The notes beneath the pieces were generated by a model, which saw only the letters and a list, made by a program, of their open reading frames with translations, made no database searches and was not told the DNA's origin. The position numbers and the translations under genes are program-made. From a virus, in IMG/VR virus record IMGVR_UViG_3300049617_000144, positions 6,562 through 70,561 of that record: DNA of 64,000 nucleotides; one strand, written 5' to 3'. Shown piece by piece: positions 8,931-19,517 of this stretch (its first letter is position 1; every line of letters begins with the position of its first letter).

Positions 8931-10285
8931 CCGTTCCTTCAAACTTGGAAAAACTTACCCAAGCAAAAAAGGTTTGACGAAACCAACCCACATCCTGCCG
9001 TTATACGCAGAATGCTCTTAATGGATCGATCCGTACTGGCCTTGCGGCAAGGCTCTTATCAAGTCGGCTGAGAAACTCAGCGTTCCCGATTACTTTTCTC
9101 CCGATGTTCGCTGATCCATTGCAGTCAGCATTGATGATACGACCGCCACTACTCCGGTAGCGTCCACGACCCATGCGAGTACCAGAAAACTTATGCTTTA
9201 CTCCAGCGACATACTCAGGCAAAGGATCACGATCAAAGAAACTGGCTTTGCTGGTATACGCTTCCTCCGTGAAAACAACGTCAAGTCCAGCCAATGCTGC
9301 CTTGTACTTAACCTTCTCCAAGAGTCGGTAGAACGGAACATTCTGGAAGTCAGTCCTCGTCCTCCTGTCCAGTTTCTTCATGCCTTGCTTCCAGCCATCA
9401 TTCTTACCAATGATGATCGTGCCAATGCCATGTTTGACACAATGAGCCACAATGAACTTGCTAACATGGTGGAAGTAGTTTTCCAGACGGAAGTAGCGTT
9501 TCTCGCTTTCACGCTTGGTCTTGAACCTGTTGAAATGCTTGTTGATGCTCTTGCAAATGCGACCGTTGACCAGTATGGGAGTCGTCTGATCGGAAGTTAT
9601 CGCAGCAAGATTGTTCAAGCCAATGTCAATACAGGCAACACCTTTTGCCGTGGTTTTATGTGGGACGTTCTGTTCGTATTGCACGTCCACAATGAAGCCG
9701 AATCGCTTGGGTGTAATGACTACTTGCTTGTAGTCTCGGTTACTTTGAATGCCGAAGCAGTTGTTACTCGGCGTGATGGTTGTGAGTTTCTGGTTCTTCT
9801 TGGATTGTCCTCCTTTGATGGTTTCGTTGTAGAAGATAACTTGAGCCAATTTGTCCTTGTAGTAGGGAGGCATAGGCATTTTGACAAACTTGCTTGGGTC
9901 TTTCTTCCATGCGTTGAGTGCCTTCTTGAAGTTCGTCCAATCGGTCAAGCACTTACGGACGGTTTGCTTGGCGGTCTTTGTGTTGTGCAGATTGCGGAAA
10001 CAGTCCTCGTTCTTGACGGCAGAAATGAGCATGTTGATGTTGGGTAGCATCGTACCACCGAACCATGCTTTTCGCATGAGGAAGTTACATTGGTTGTACA
10101 ATTCCTTGCTCATTTTGCAGAGTCGGACGATTTCGTGTGTTCCGTGTATTTGGTGTCGCTCAACGAGTAGCATGTTCTTATATAGTAGGGTTAGTCCTGT
10201 TTTTCGGAGGCAAAATCATGAAATTGGCAAGATTTTGTTCCAAGATTGGGCAAATTCTTCCAAGTTTGGCATCAACTGTTCCCAA
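8931..10285 (-). mobile_element. Non-autonomous IS607-type TnpB element, copy 1
   Basis: Ends defined by alignment with copies 2 and 3: left AGGG|TTGGGAACAGTTG, right ...GGAACGG|T; no transposase inside. Confidence 0.85.
9001..10173 (-). CDS. tnpB: RNA-guided endonuclease TnpB (IS607 clade, lacks Zn finger)
   Basis: SKELYN N-terminus; RuvC-I CIDIG; IIIGKNDGWKQ; TEEAYTS; RuvC-III NADCNG. Confidence 0.9.
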   Translation of the reverse strand: MLLVERHQIHGTHEIVRLCKMSKELYNQCNFLMRKAWFGGTMLPNINMLISAVKNEDCFRNLHNTKTAKQTVRKCLTDWTNFKKALNAWKKDPSKFVKMPMPPYYKDKLAQVIFYNETIKGGQSKKNQKLTTITPSNNCFGIQSNRDYKQVVITPKRFGFIVDVQYEQNVPHKTTAKGVACIDIGLNNLAAITSDQTTPILVNGRICKSINKHFNRFKTKRESEKRYFRLENYFHHVSKFIVAHCVKHGIGTIIIGKNDGWKQGMKKLDRRTRTDFQNVPFYRLLEKVKYKAALAGLDVVFTEEAYTSKASFFDRDPLPEYVAGVKHKFSGTRMGRGRYRSSGGRIINADCNGSANIGRKVIGNAEFLSRLDKSLAARPVRIDPLRAFCV

Positions 10286-10327
10286 CCCTGTAACTGTCGC
10301 TCTCCAGATGTTCTGTGGAGAACTCGA

Positions 10328-11032
10328 TTAACTTGCTGTCCGGCTGAACTGATGAGATTCCATAATGCCTATACCTCGAAATGGATTTGGGTTTTGAAAG
10401 TAGTTTTGAACATGCACCCTCAAATTAGTTTCAATTTCATTCTCCAACTCTTTTAGGGCGCCTTTATTAATCAAAAAGTAGTCGTAAAATTCCAGGCCAA
10501 AAGGAGGCTGTCCAAACTGCTTATTCAAACATATTGGACCGCCGAATCTGTAGTTAAAGCACTTTGCACAATACTCAACTAACGGCTTAATCTCAGCTTC
10601 GGATTTATTTGGATCATCGTTTTCAAAGCCAGGTCTCCAGAGCAATATGTTGTAGCCGCCCTTACCTTTGACCTGTTTGGCCTCGTTGATATAACGACCA
10701 TCGGAAATGACAACGTTATCGCTTGCCCCAAGATCTCGTAAAGCAAGTTGAATCCATATGTCGCCTTGAATTTGCCTGAATCCATCCCCGATGAATTGAA
10801 GGGACTGTCGGACATTCATGTCCATTCCTTCTGGAGGTTCTTTTTTACGCTTCCACTCTTCTACAAAGTCGAAGTCCTTATCAAAAGCATCCATATAGAT
10901 TTTTTTGACAGCATAAGCAAAAGCGATCCTTCGCCACCGCTTCATATCAGTGATGTTGAGTTTGTCCACAAGGAAGTTTGCAACTGTGTCTTTTCCGTTC
11001 AATAGTTGAGATGATAATGCCACAATTCGCAT
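10328..11032 (-). CDS. Deoxynucleoside monophosphate kinase
   Basis: NGKDTVA P-loop, AFA..VK, R..LQFIG, ISDGRYINE, SE; T4 gp1-like. Confidence 0.85.
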   Translation of the reverse strand: MRIVALSSQLLNGKDTVANFLVDKLNITDMKRWRRIAFAYAVKKIYMDAFDKDFDFVEEWKRKKEPPEGMDMNVRQSLQFIGDGFRQIQGDIWIQLALRDLGASDNVVISDGRYINEAKQVKGKGGYNILLWRPGFENDDPNKSEAEIKPLVEYCAKCFNYRFGGPICLNKQFGQPPFGLEFYDYFLINKGALKELENEIETNLRVHVQNYFQNPNPFRGIGIMESHQFSRTAS

Positions 11033-11109
11033 TTTATTTACTCCTTGAGTATAATGGAGAGCGACTGAACGATTAGACTATTTGCCAAAGTTTAAGTCAA
11101 GAGGAAGAC

Positions 11110-11499
11110 ATGAAAAAATCCAAAAAACCGCCTAAAACGAACCCCAAAAAAAAACTGCCCAAGATAGTGAAGCAGTATAAAAAAAGAAAACCTAAAGTTT
11201 TACCTAAGAAGATAGAACCAAAATGCAAAAATTGCTTGCTAGCTGACAGAGAGAAGGGGCAATGCAAAGTGGCCATCCTGGTCAATGGCAAGGAATATCA
11301 CATGCCTATCTTCCCCGAAGACCTATGCCATATGGATCAGCTAGGAATACCTGTTGAGCAAGTTAGATGGTTCGTGACAGATCCTAAAACAGGCAAACCT
11401 ACATCCGGGAACGGCACTGTTCAAATTGAATATCCTCAAGGATTCTTCGGTAAAGAAGAAGAGAAAAAGGATGATATCGATGAGTTACTGGACTCGTAA
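11110..11499 (+). CDS. Basic hypothetical protein
   Basis: Lys-rich N-terminus, CKNC motif, SD GAGGAAG upstream. Confidence 0.6.
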   Translation: MKKSKKPPKTNPKKKLPKIVKQYKKRKPKVLPKKIEPKCKNCLLADREKGQCKVAILVNGKEYHMPIFPEDLCHMDQLGIPVEQVRWFVTDPKTGKPTSGNGTVQIEYPQGFFGKEEEKKDDIDELLDS

Positions 11500-11841
11500 T
11501 TTACCTTCCCTGATGTTAATCAGCATGTCTGCCTCTTCTTCTGTGATCCTGTACCTCAGAAGATAATGATTGAAGTCCAGGACTTTCTTGGCACCACGTC
11601 TAATGTCAGACAGTAATTCCTCTTCCTCAATACTAATAGGCTTTGAGCTAACTAATGGAGAATTTTCCTCTTCAAACATAATGTCATCTTCACGAATGTA
11701 AGTGCCATTAAGCGACCTAGCGGCAGATATCAAAGAATGAATAGCTTTTTCACGGGTATCCTCAACCCAGTGTTCTGTACCATCTTGAATCCTGCATGAA
11801 ACTGCCCATTTGCCATCAAGACGCCTCATAATGTCATACAT
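11485..11841 (-). CDS. Hypothetical protein
   Basis: Probable start MYDIMRR after AAGGAG. Confidence 0.5.
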   Translation of the reverse strand: MYDIMRRLDGKWAVSCRIQDGTEHWVEDTREKAIHSLISAARSLNGTYIREDDIMFEEENSPLVSSKPISIEEEELLSDIRRGAKKVLDFNHYLLRYRITEEEADMLINIREGKLRVQ

Positions 11842-11851
11842 TGTCGTCTCC

Positions 11852-12112
11852 TTACAATTCATAAATATGAAGTTCACCAATTTGATTAACAGTCATGAAC
11901 ATTTTGCCGTCTGATATGGTAATTTGCAACCCAGCATCAGTTTTAGCGACTTCCGTCTTACACATTCCTTGTTCGATGCTACTTGCCATCAATCCAATCA
12001 TGCACTCCAAATGCCCTCTCAAAGTACTATTGCCCCAAGACTTCATACTTTTGTTTGTATCTTTTGTTACAACAGGAGATATCCTGCCTGAACAGTGTTC
12101 AAATTTCGTCAT
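11852..12112 (-). CDS. Hypothetical protein
   Basis: 86 aa ORF coupled to the helicase stop. Confidence 0.5.
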   Translation of the reverse strand: MTKFEHCSGRISPVVTKDTNKSMKSWGNSTLRGHLECMIGLMASSIEQGMCKTEVAKTDAGLQITISDGKMFMTVNQIGELHIYEL

Positions 12113-14145
12113 GTGTTATCGTCTCCTAGCAATATAAGACCTTCTGCCTGTTGAATGATTTCGTCAATCTTCTCTTGTTTGAACCCTAGGGCAGCCTTAA
12201 CACGGGCAGGATTGGCCACCACGTCCTGAAGGCTCTTGATCCCAACCGAATAAAGCTTTTGAGCCCTGACCCGGCCAACATCAGGAAGCTGGCATAGCTT
12301 AGCCATAGGCCCCTTGACGCCATAGCTGATACGCATGTTGAGCGTATCAAACCACTCTTTACAGTTCCATTTGCCTGTGAAGCTTCCCAGGGCCTGAATG
12401 ACCTGGCTCAACCTTGGAAAGTCCCATTGCAGTCCACGGGACATAGCAGCCATGTACTGGCTGTTGACGCCATTCAACAGGTTGTAGTAGCCGCACCCTG
12501 CCTTGATTGCCTGGTCCAGATACCTGCCCTTGCCGCAAATACCTTCAACTTCTCTTTGAAATTTGGCCATTTCCTCACGTTCAACCTTGCTGACATAATT
12601 GCAACGGTGAGTGTCGAGATTACCCAAAGCCATAGCCAAACAATGATCATCGTCCTGGTTGCTTTTTTCAAACAGTTCCACGAAGTTGCTTCGGAGGTCA
12701 GAGACATCAAAAGGAGTGAAATAGAACATCGAAGCTACCTTGCCAACGGTAGTGGCAGACAACTTGCCGTTTTCATCCCATACAGCCCCGCACTTCTTAA
12801 GAGAAGTGATTGTCTTTTCAGTCACCTCTTGCTCTAATTCAGCCGACTGGAAATAGGCAAGGCTTCGTTTGTACCAGTGCAATACATCATCCTGGCTGGT
12901 AACATTCTCCTGATGAATCTCGCTAACCAAATGAAAAGCCAGTGTTTTGTGATCCTCTCCCATAAGTTGGGATTCAATCTTCTGTGGCCTCTTCAAACGT
13001 TCCTTGTGTGCATCGTAGGTCTTCTCGGGCAGTAAAATATAGGCATCCCCGACAGGATCAAAAGATGGACGCCCGGCCCGGCCCACCATTTGAGAAATGT
13101 CATAGGTAGCAACTTCCTGCATGCCTCGATGCACCCCTAAAATGATGACACGCCGGGCTGGTAAATTAAGGCCCCAGGCCAAAGTAGAAGTGGCAATAAT
13201 GACACGCAGCGTTGGATCTTCCTTGAATTGTCTTTCCAGGGCTATACGTTTGCTTTTTTCCAAGTCTGCATTGTGAAACTCACACTTGATCCCCGCTCTT
13301 TGCAGAGAAGTCTTCATGCTTTCGCCGGTTCTTTTTGTGTGAGCGAAGATCAAAAACTTGTCATCGGCATAATACTTGACGATATCCAGGGCTGAATTTA
13401 CCTTTTGTCCTTCGTTTTCTTCGTAAGACTTTTCGCCGTCATAATACTTTTCGTAGTGCAGATTCAACGGACAGGGCCTGTACTTTGACTTCACAAGAAA
13501 AGTTTCACGTTGCGTCAAGATGTAAGATACCCAATCGGCGATCTCTTCGACGTTTGGCATAGTTGCCGAAAGAAGGACGAGCCGACACTTTGGGTTAAGC
13601 TCGGTGAACTTCATCAAACCCGATTCTAGGTGATCTCCACGACCTGGCACTGTCAATAAATGCGATTCATCGACAACGCATGTTTTAATGTCCAACATCC
13701 AACTATTTTTCTCGAAGTTGAAATTACGACATCGGGAATTAAGCATTTCCGATGTAAAGATAATCAGATTGGCCTTTTCAAGCTCCTCACGTCGTTTGTC
13801 TGTTAATCTGTAATCCCCGGTGCAGCAAGACACATTTAGATCGCTAAAATGGTGATCAGGGCTTTTCCATTCATCCAGTTTCTCTTGTGCCAATGCTCGG
13901 AGCGGACATAAATACAAGCCTTTTCCGCCACGTTCACGTATTTCGTGGGCGAGCATCATTTCTGCTGTTGCAGTTTTCCCAGATGAAGTTGCCGCAGCAA
14001 TAACGCCATTCATATCCTTGTTGTAATACTCAAAAACCCTAGATTGAACTGGATTAAAATTGGCAAAACCAAATTTAGCATAAGAAGGGAATTTAGAAGT
14101 AGGAACTAATTCATTTTGATCTTCTAACTTAATTACTGGCGGCAT
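12109..14145 (-). CDS. Ski2/Hel308-like superfamily 2 helicase
   Basis: FNPVQ Q-motif, ATSSGKT, PLRALAQE, DESH, LSAT, FHNADL, TSTLAWGLNLPA, QMVGRAGRP, C-terminal HhH (LPDVGRVRAQKL). Confidence 0.92.
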   Translation of the reverse strand: MPPVIKLEDQNELVPTSKFPSYAKFGFANFNPVQSRVFEYYNKDMNGVIAAATSSGKTATAEMMLAHEIRERGGKGLYLCPLRALAQEKLDEWKSPDHHFSDLNVSCCTGDYRLTDKRREELEKANLIIFTSEMLNSRCRNFNFEKNSWMLDIKTCVVDESHLLTVPGRGDHLESGLMKFTELNPKCRLVLLSATMPNVEEIADWVSYILTQRETFLVKSKYRPCPLNLHYEKYYDGEKSYEENEGQKVNSALDIVKYYADDKFLIFAHTKRTGESMKTSLQRAGIKCEFHNADLEKSKRIALERQFKEDPTLRVIIATSTLAWGLNLPARRVIILGVHRGMQEVATYDISQMVGRAGRPSFDPVGDAYILLPEKTYDAHKERLKRPQKIESQLMGEDHKTLAFHLVSEIHQENVTSQDDVLHWYKRSLAYFQSAELEQEVTEKTITSLKKCGAVWDENGKLSATTVGKVASMFYFTPFDVSDLRSNFVELFEKSNQDDDHCLAMALGNLDTHRCNYVSKVEREEMAKFQREVEGICGKGRYLDQAIKAGCGYYNLLNGVNSQYMAAMSRGLQWDFPRLSQVIQALGSFTGKWNCKEWFDTLNMRISYGVKGPMAKLCQLPDVGRVRAQKLYSVGIKSLQDVVANPARVKAALGFKQEKIDEIIQQAEGLILLGDDNT

Positions 14146-15028
14146 GTTGTTTCTCCGTAAATTGTTTCTTTTTGAATTTTCCAGTATGCAATTCTTTGTA
14201 TTGATATATTTTGGGCAATTTTCTGCTCATTTTGGCAACAGGAATCTTTTCTAGCAATTCTGCCAGATACCAAGAATGAATGTTTGCACGCCACACAGAC
14301 AAATTCTTCCTCTTCACGACTTTCCCAGTGCGACCTTCTATGTTAGCTTCTAAAAGCTCTTTGTCCAATATATTTTTTATCCAAGTAACAACTTTGTATG
14401 TCCCACATACTCCTAGGTTTAAATATCTCTTATATTGAACCCATCCATCTCCATCAATGTAACCAGCTATGAAAGCTAACTTGTGTTCTCTAACTAAATC
14501 AATAGGTGGATTCAATCGTATTGTTTTGCCTGTGCAAACGTTAAAATTAGAGAACAGATCATCAAGCATTTTAGAAGAAGTTATCGAAATTTCGGCTACA
14601 AAAAGCCTCTTTCCTTTCCTAATTCTTTGTCGCACTTTTACAGCAGAGGAGTGACCTATATCACTCATAAACCTTTCAAGTTGGTCTTTATCCTTTACCG
14701 CTAACGAGCAAGATAACTCGGACAATCTCCTTTTCCCTCCTTGTCTACGAAGGCTAAAATCGGCAGCAATAAATCCAGCCCAATAACTGTTTAACTCATT
14801 TGGAATAGCAAAAAAATCTTCATTAAATTTATATGTTTTATACCTCCCTTTTGGACGCAATTTAACACCAAGTTTCAACAATCTGTATTTTACACTGTTG
14901 GCCTTTATGGAAAACTTTTTACCTATTTGGTTTAAGCTCCATCCTTTTTCATTATACAGGATTGACAAATCTTCACTTATAACCATAACATATATAGCAC
15001 GGTGCAAATAGAAAATTAATTTCAGCAA
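14129..15028 (-). CDS. Free-standing LAGLIDADG homing endonuclease
   Basis: YWAGFIAAD and FIAGYIDGDG motifs; N-terminal HTH. Confidence 0.85.
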   Translation of the reverse strand: MLKLIFYLHRAIYVMVISEDLSILYNEKGWSLNQIGKKFSIKANSVKYRLLKLGVKLRPKGRYKTYKFNEDFFAIPNELNSYWAGFIAADFSLRRQGGKRRLSELSCSLAVKDKDQLERFMSDIGHSSAVKVRQRIRKGKRLFVAEISITSSKMLDDLFSNFNVCTGKTIRLNPPIDLVREHKLAFIAGYIDGDGWVQYKRYLNLGVCGTYKVVTWIKNILDKELLEANIEGRTGKVVKRKNLSVWRANIHSWYLAELLEKIPVAKMSRKLPKIYQYKELHTGKFKKKQFTEKQHAASN

Positions 15029-15052
15029 AACAATTATCTACTGATATATTCT

Positions 15053-15301
15053 CTATGAGCCATTCTTTTTGATTTTTTCCAATATGCTCGTTGTCAACAG
15101 GAATGCTCCAATGGTCATTCCTATAGCACAATAAGCAATTCCATAGGAATCGCCAACATTAAGTTTTGGCCCCTGGAAATACATAATGTAAATCAAGAGC
15201 CCTATCAAAATGAAACTAGCCAGCCACATAGCGGCATTGACCAAATAGATGAACCACATGGTTATCCCTTTGTTTGCAAAGTAGTTTAGCAAGCATATCA
15301 C
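15053..15301 (-). CDS. Small membrane protein (2 TM)
   Basis: Two hydrophobic stretches. Confidence 0.5.
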   Translation of the reverse strand: MICLLNYFANKGITMWFIYLVNAAMWLASFILIGLLIYIMYFQGPKLNVGDSYGIAYCAIGMTIGAFLLTTSILEKIKKNGS

Positions 15302-15557
15302 CTTCTAACAATATCAGATGCCCGCTTGCTGTATTCTCTATCTACATACTCCTGCATGGTATCTACCATGTCATACAACTCATCGCAAGACTTCGCACTG
15401 CGAAGCCAGTGATTTATCTCTTCGTTCTCGGAGACTAAGTTTATAGCCTCTGGAAGATCAGCATGCAAACGACTTTCTAGCCTATCTGCTAGAAGTTTGA
15501 TGTCGTCATATTTGAGAGCGGCCACATATTCTTTGAGCATTGTGTCAAGTTTCCTCA
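15298..15557 (-). CDS. Hypothetical protein
   Basis: Probable start MRKLDTML after GAGGTG. Confidence 0.55.
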
Positions 15558-15654
15558 TTGTAAACACCTCGATATTAGAGGAACAAAATGAATTACCCAA
15601 CTCAGTTGACTGAGACGAATCGCAGTTTACTCGCAAGCAATCAATTAAGCAATG

Positions 15655-15954
15655 TCAAACAACGTCCAATCGGCGAACCTTGTCCCCTTCCCTAGTGACA
15701 AATTCATCTTCTAAGACAACCGCCTTTTCCTCATTATCAAAGCGTATGCCCAAATTGAATTTGTCAAGAATGGCAGATCTTCCTTCCCGACTGGCCATGA
15801 TCCAACAGTAGTCGTCTACATTCACTAATTTACCATCTGCACTTTCTTGATTGACTCCTATCTCCAGAACCACATTGTCCGGCAATAAAAGCTTGACGGA
15901 CCCGTGCTTTTGAAGATGGGTTATCAGTAATTCTTGTAGTTTGTTGAAGCTCAT
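15655..15954 (-). CDS. Hypothetical protein
   Basis: 99 aa ORF with SD GAGG. Confidence 0.6.
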   Translation of the reverse strand: MSFNKLQELLITHLQKHGSVKLLLPDNVVLEIGVNQESADGKLVNVDDYCWIMASREGRSAILDKFNLGIRFDNEEKAVVLEDEFVTREGDKVRRLDVV

Positions 15955-16024
15955 GGAATGTTCCTCTTAAAAGAATTGTGTAGCTTATATACGGTTATTA
16001 AATTGCGATTGACGACAATAACGA

Positions 16025-16483
16025 CTAATAAAAATTAACCTCGTTTGGATTCATGGTTTTGTAATACAGGCCCTCATAAACACAGTCCTTAACCTTGACT
16101 TTGTACGGACAGGCGACTGCCTCGTTTTTGCCGTCCTTGGCTACGGACCAACAGTAGATTTTTTTCCCTTCTTTGAATATTTCTACCAATGACAAATGAT
16201 TTGATCCCAAGAAAGCCTTGACGATTTTAACCACTACCCAAAAGGGCAAAAAAGGATGATGTTGACCAAGGATTTGGAGTGTTTCCAAGAAATACCTACC
16301 ATGATCGGATTTGCTGTAAAAAATAATGATCGAATAACCATCAACGATTATATCTCTGGATTTGAATATTAAAATGTCATCCTCTTCCTCTGGAGGAACT
16401 TTAGGATGGTTGTAAGCTACTAGAATCTCTCCAAGGCCACGCATTTCCTTTACGTGCAACGCAAGTGATTTATGTGGAAACAT
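16025..16483 (-). CDS. Hypothetical protein
   Basis: 152 aa ORF with SD GAGAGG. Confidence 0.6.
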   Translation of the reverse strand: MFPHKSLALHVKEMRGLGEILVAYNHPKVPPEEEDDILIFKSRDIIVDGYSIIIFYSKSDHGRYFLETLQILGQHHPFLPFWVVVKIVKAFLGSNHLSLVEIFKEGKKIYCWSVAKDGKNEAVACPYKVKVKDCVYEGLYYKTMNPNEVNFY

Positions 16484-16571
16484 AAGTTCCTCTCTAAAAA
16501 TCTATTCATATATACCGATCTGTTTTGTGATTTTGAACCCTTACGATATAATAGTAGAAGGAGGAGATCAT

Positions 16572-17051
16572 ATGAAAGACTATCAATGTTTGATGATCAA
16601 AACAAAGGACAAACGCAAATTCTTTACGCACGAAGCTAATTTGCCTCAAATTATCGAATTCTCAAAAATGTTCAAAGCTGAGATTTCAACAGTGCAGGTG
16701 AGTGAAGCTCAAATATTAGACCTTGAAGAGTTGGCCCCGGCGTTTTGTAATGCCAGCTACACACAGCCTAGCTCATACAAGCTCCTCAAAACTATGTTCC
16801 CTACCAAACGCAAACGCAAAAATATACTGAAGAATTCAGCTAAAATCAGAGACTTTATCAGAACCAAACTGTTCAAAAGAGGTCAAATTAGTCTCGATGA
16901 ACTGAAAGATAGGTTCAAAGACGAAGGTCTTACAACAGCTTGTTTTTGCAACCATTTACGTTTTATGAAGTCCGAGATCGTCGATATGGGCAAAAATTTA
17001 GTAAAGGTGAGTGTAGGCATGTACCGCATTGAGGAGATATCTGGGAGTTAA
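16572..17051 (+). CDS. Hypothetical protein, possible C-terminal winged helix
   Basis: Start MKDYQ after AAGGAGGAG; followed by a terminator. Confidence 0.6.
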   Translation: MKDYQCLMIKTKDKRKFFTHEANLPQIIEFSKMFKAEISTVQVSEAQILDLEELAPAFCNASYTQPSSYKLLKTMFPTKRKRKNILKNSAKIRDFIRTKLFKRGQISLDELKDRFKDEGLTTACFCNHLRFMKSEIVDMGKNLVKVSVGMYRIEEISGS

Positions 17052-17079
17052 AAAGCCCCAGGAACTTTTCCTGGGGCTA
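17050..17079. terminator. Intrinsic terminator hairpin between convergent genes
   Basis: AGCCCCAGGAA-ctt-TTCCTGGGGCT with adjacent A-tract. Confidence 0.75.
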
Positions 17080-17085
17080 GCATAA

Positions 17086-18297
17086 TCAGCTAACTGTGGC
17101 GTTTGCCTCGTCTTCTGCACTATCGAGCGAATCGTCTTTGACTTCTTTCTCGACAATATCTTCACTGTTACCTGCGTTGATGGCTCCCTCGAAAATTGCC
17201 AAGTAGTTGCGAAGCTCATCCTCGGTGGCATCTACCATAGCGGGACACTTCAATAGGGCTTCTGATGTTATGCCCTTCCCTAATGTAGCAGTGAAAGTAA
17301 TTTCCTGTCCTCCAGCCCAAGGTTCGTTTACTTTCCACAAACCTTTGGTGTTAACCCTTTGAATTCTTCTTGATTGTTCAAGTATGCCTAAAACGCCCGA
17401 AATAGGATTGACACCTTTGTCAAAGAACAATTGAATGCCTTCCGCTTCTTTGAATGGCGTCGAACAACGGTTCTTTTTGTTTTGAACTTTCAGATTCACA
17501 CCAATAATTGAACCAAATTCCTTGGTCTCAATTCTCTTCTGAGCTTGCGTTCTCAAACGTACACCGGCATAAAACTCCAAGGCAAGCCCGCCACCTGTGG
17601 TCTCTGGATTGCCATACATCACGCCGATCTTCATTCTTGTCTGGTTAATAACCACCAAAGTGGTGTTGGTCTTATCTAACAAAGTCTCCAGCTTCCTGAA
17701 TTCTTTGCTGCAAATCTTGGCACGTTCGCCAGGCTGTTCCTTTGCCCCTACAACACGCTTCCATTCAGCTTTGGTGTATTCCTCGTCTAGGTTAGTTTCA
17801 CGCAATTCTCGCTCACAGGGAGAGGCGGAAAGGCTATCATAGACGAAAACCAATGGCTTATCAGGAAACTTCTCACGAACCGCCCTGATAACGTTGTATA
17901 TTTTACTGAATACTTTCTCCAAAGTATCTGGAGTATAGCGAATGATTTTGCTGATATCGATATGGCTTGCAGCGGCAGCAAACTCACTATTCATGGCATT
18001 TTCACAATCCAAATAAATCGGTATGCCGTCGATGGCTTGGGTGCCACGTAAAATATTGGTTCCCCAATAAGACTTGCCTGAAGATGATGGTCCGTAAAAT
18101 TCGATAATCTTACCGCCTGGAACGCCACCACCTATGAACTTGCCACTAACTATGTAGTTCATAGCTAGGCTGCCAGTGTCGATGTAATATTTTGCATGAT
18201 CGCAATCACGAAGGATGTTGCCTCCGGTGGCCGTGGCCAAAGAAGACAGATCGTCAAGAACGACTTGTTCGCTAGTTGCTTTTTTGGTTCTACTCAT
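17086..18297 (-). CDS. uvsX: RecA/UvsX recombinase
   Basis: IDTGS, GGVPGGKIIEFYGPSSSGKS, YLDCENA, VYDSL, INQTRMKIGVMYGNPETTGGGLALEFYA. Confidence 0.93.
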   Translation of the reverse strand: MSRTKKATSEQVVLDDLSSLATATGGNILRDCDHAKYYIDTGSLAMNYIVSGKFIGGGVPGGKIIEFYGPSSSGKSYWGTNILRGTQAIDGIPIYLDCENAMNSEFAAAASHIDISKIIRYTPDTLEKVFSKIYNVIRAVREKFPDKPLVFVYDSLSASPCERELRETNLDEEYTKAEWKRVVGAKEQPGERAKICSKEFRKLETLLDKTNTTLVVINQTRMKIGVMYGNPETTGGGLALEFYAGVRLRTQAQKRIETKEFGSIIGVNLKVQNKKNRCSTPFKEAEGIQLFFDKGVNPISGVLGILEQSRRIQRVNTKGLWKVNEPWAGGQEITFTATLGKGITSEALLKCPAMVDATEDELRNYLAIFEGAINAGNSEDIVEKEVKDDSLDSAEDEANATVS

Positions 18298-18410
18298 TTG
18301 TTTCCTCGTTGGTTATAGTTTTAGTTAATGACGCACTTAGTTTACAAAAAAGGCCCCACAGTTCTCCCCAAAGAATCTGTGGGACCAAGGTACACACATG
18401 TTAACGTGTG

Positions 18411-19436
18411 TTACGACTGCATTCTTCTAAGCTCCTCCATGAAATCCTGCTCAGTCATTGCTGCATCTTCTGGAGGCGGGGTTCCTGCCACAACAGGAGT
18501 TGGCGTTGCTGGGGTTGCCGTCACCGTAGGCTTCGGTGGAGCGGCTGTAACGGTCGTTGTCGCCGTAGAAGTAGCTGCATTCACTTGCTCTTCCAGGCTA
18601 GGAGCCTTTTTACGCTTGTTACGGAATTTGCTGATGTCATACTGCTCTTCTTGAGCCGGTTCGCCATCCAAATACTTCTCAAGCATGACTTCCATCTCTT
18701 CTACGGTCTTAAGAACTCGTAAAGAGTCAAGATCGTGCAGACTGTTGATCCACTTGTCGATCTGATCTGGATTGCCCAGTGGCGTTTGATCCTCAAAATC
18801 TGACTCGTCATACTCTGGATATGCGTCTTTACCTTCACCTTTGAGACGCTTCCTGATGCAAAGATCTCGGCCTGTCTTCGGGTTGGTAACATCACCATAA
18901 CCCTTCTTCTTCATGCTTGGATCGCCCACGATGCCACGAATGATTTTTTGGTGCATGGTCTTGCCACAACTGTAAATCAGTGGACCAACATCAACTTCTG
19001 GAGCATTGGTCTTGCGATTGAGTTGAGACCTAGCAATCACATTGTAATAGTATCGGTCGACAGGCTTGATAGCTCTGGCCTGAATCTTGATCTCTTCTGC
19101 TTCTTTCTTGCGACCAGCCTTTTCAAGCTTTTCAATGTCTTTCCAAAGATCATTGTAGTACTTGCAAATGACACAAGGTCGCTTCGGATCGGCATCTATC
19201 CAACGACCATTTGTCAAAGTCTTGGTGCAATGAACATTGCGATCATCCAATTTGTGGGTTCTGGTAGAACAGAACAGGTTCTTACCTTTAGCCTTTGGCA
19301 AAAGGCGTACGGTAACGTATCCTGCTTTCTCGGGCATACGAACGAAGTTCTTCAGAAAGTCCTGATTGCCTTGACTTTCAAGTCGTTCTGCTTCGTCATT
19401 CAGTTCCGCCAAATTAAGTTCGTCAAAATCAGCCAT
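18411..19436 (-). CDS. Single-stranded DNA-binding protein (T4 gp32-like)
   Basis: VRLLP, CVIC, RYYYNV, GRD..I, YPEYD.S.F, acidic tail; adjacent to recombinase. Confidence 0.8.
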   Translation of the reverse strand: MADFDELNLAELNDEAERLESQGNQDFLKNFVRMPEKAGYVTVRLLPKAKGKNLFCSTRTHKLDDRNVHCTKTLTNGRWIDADPKRPCVICKYYNDLWKDIEKLEKAGRKKEAEEIKIQARAIKPVDRYYYNVIARSQLNRKTNAPEVDVGPLIYSCGKTMHQKIIRGIVGDPSMKKKGYGDVTNPKTGRDLCIRKRLKGEGKDAYPEYDESDFEDQTPLGNPDQIDKWINSLHDLDSLRVLKTVEEMEVMLEKYLDGEPAQEEQYDISKFRNKRKKAPSLEEQVNAATSTATTTVTAAPPKPTVTATPATPTPVVAGTPPPEDAAMTEQDFMEELRRMQS

Positions 19437-19517
19437 AGTTATCTCCTGTTAGTTAAAGTTTTCGCCACCACTTGAGTGGTGAGTAGGTTGTAAATAATAT
19501 CGCTGTTTTAGTCAATC

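Noticed and set aside
9193-10047. Long antisense ORFs over tnpB genes (also 23579-24487)
   Set aside because: Shadow frames of biased codon usage; no motifs, and not kept full length in copy 3.
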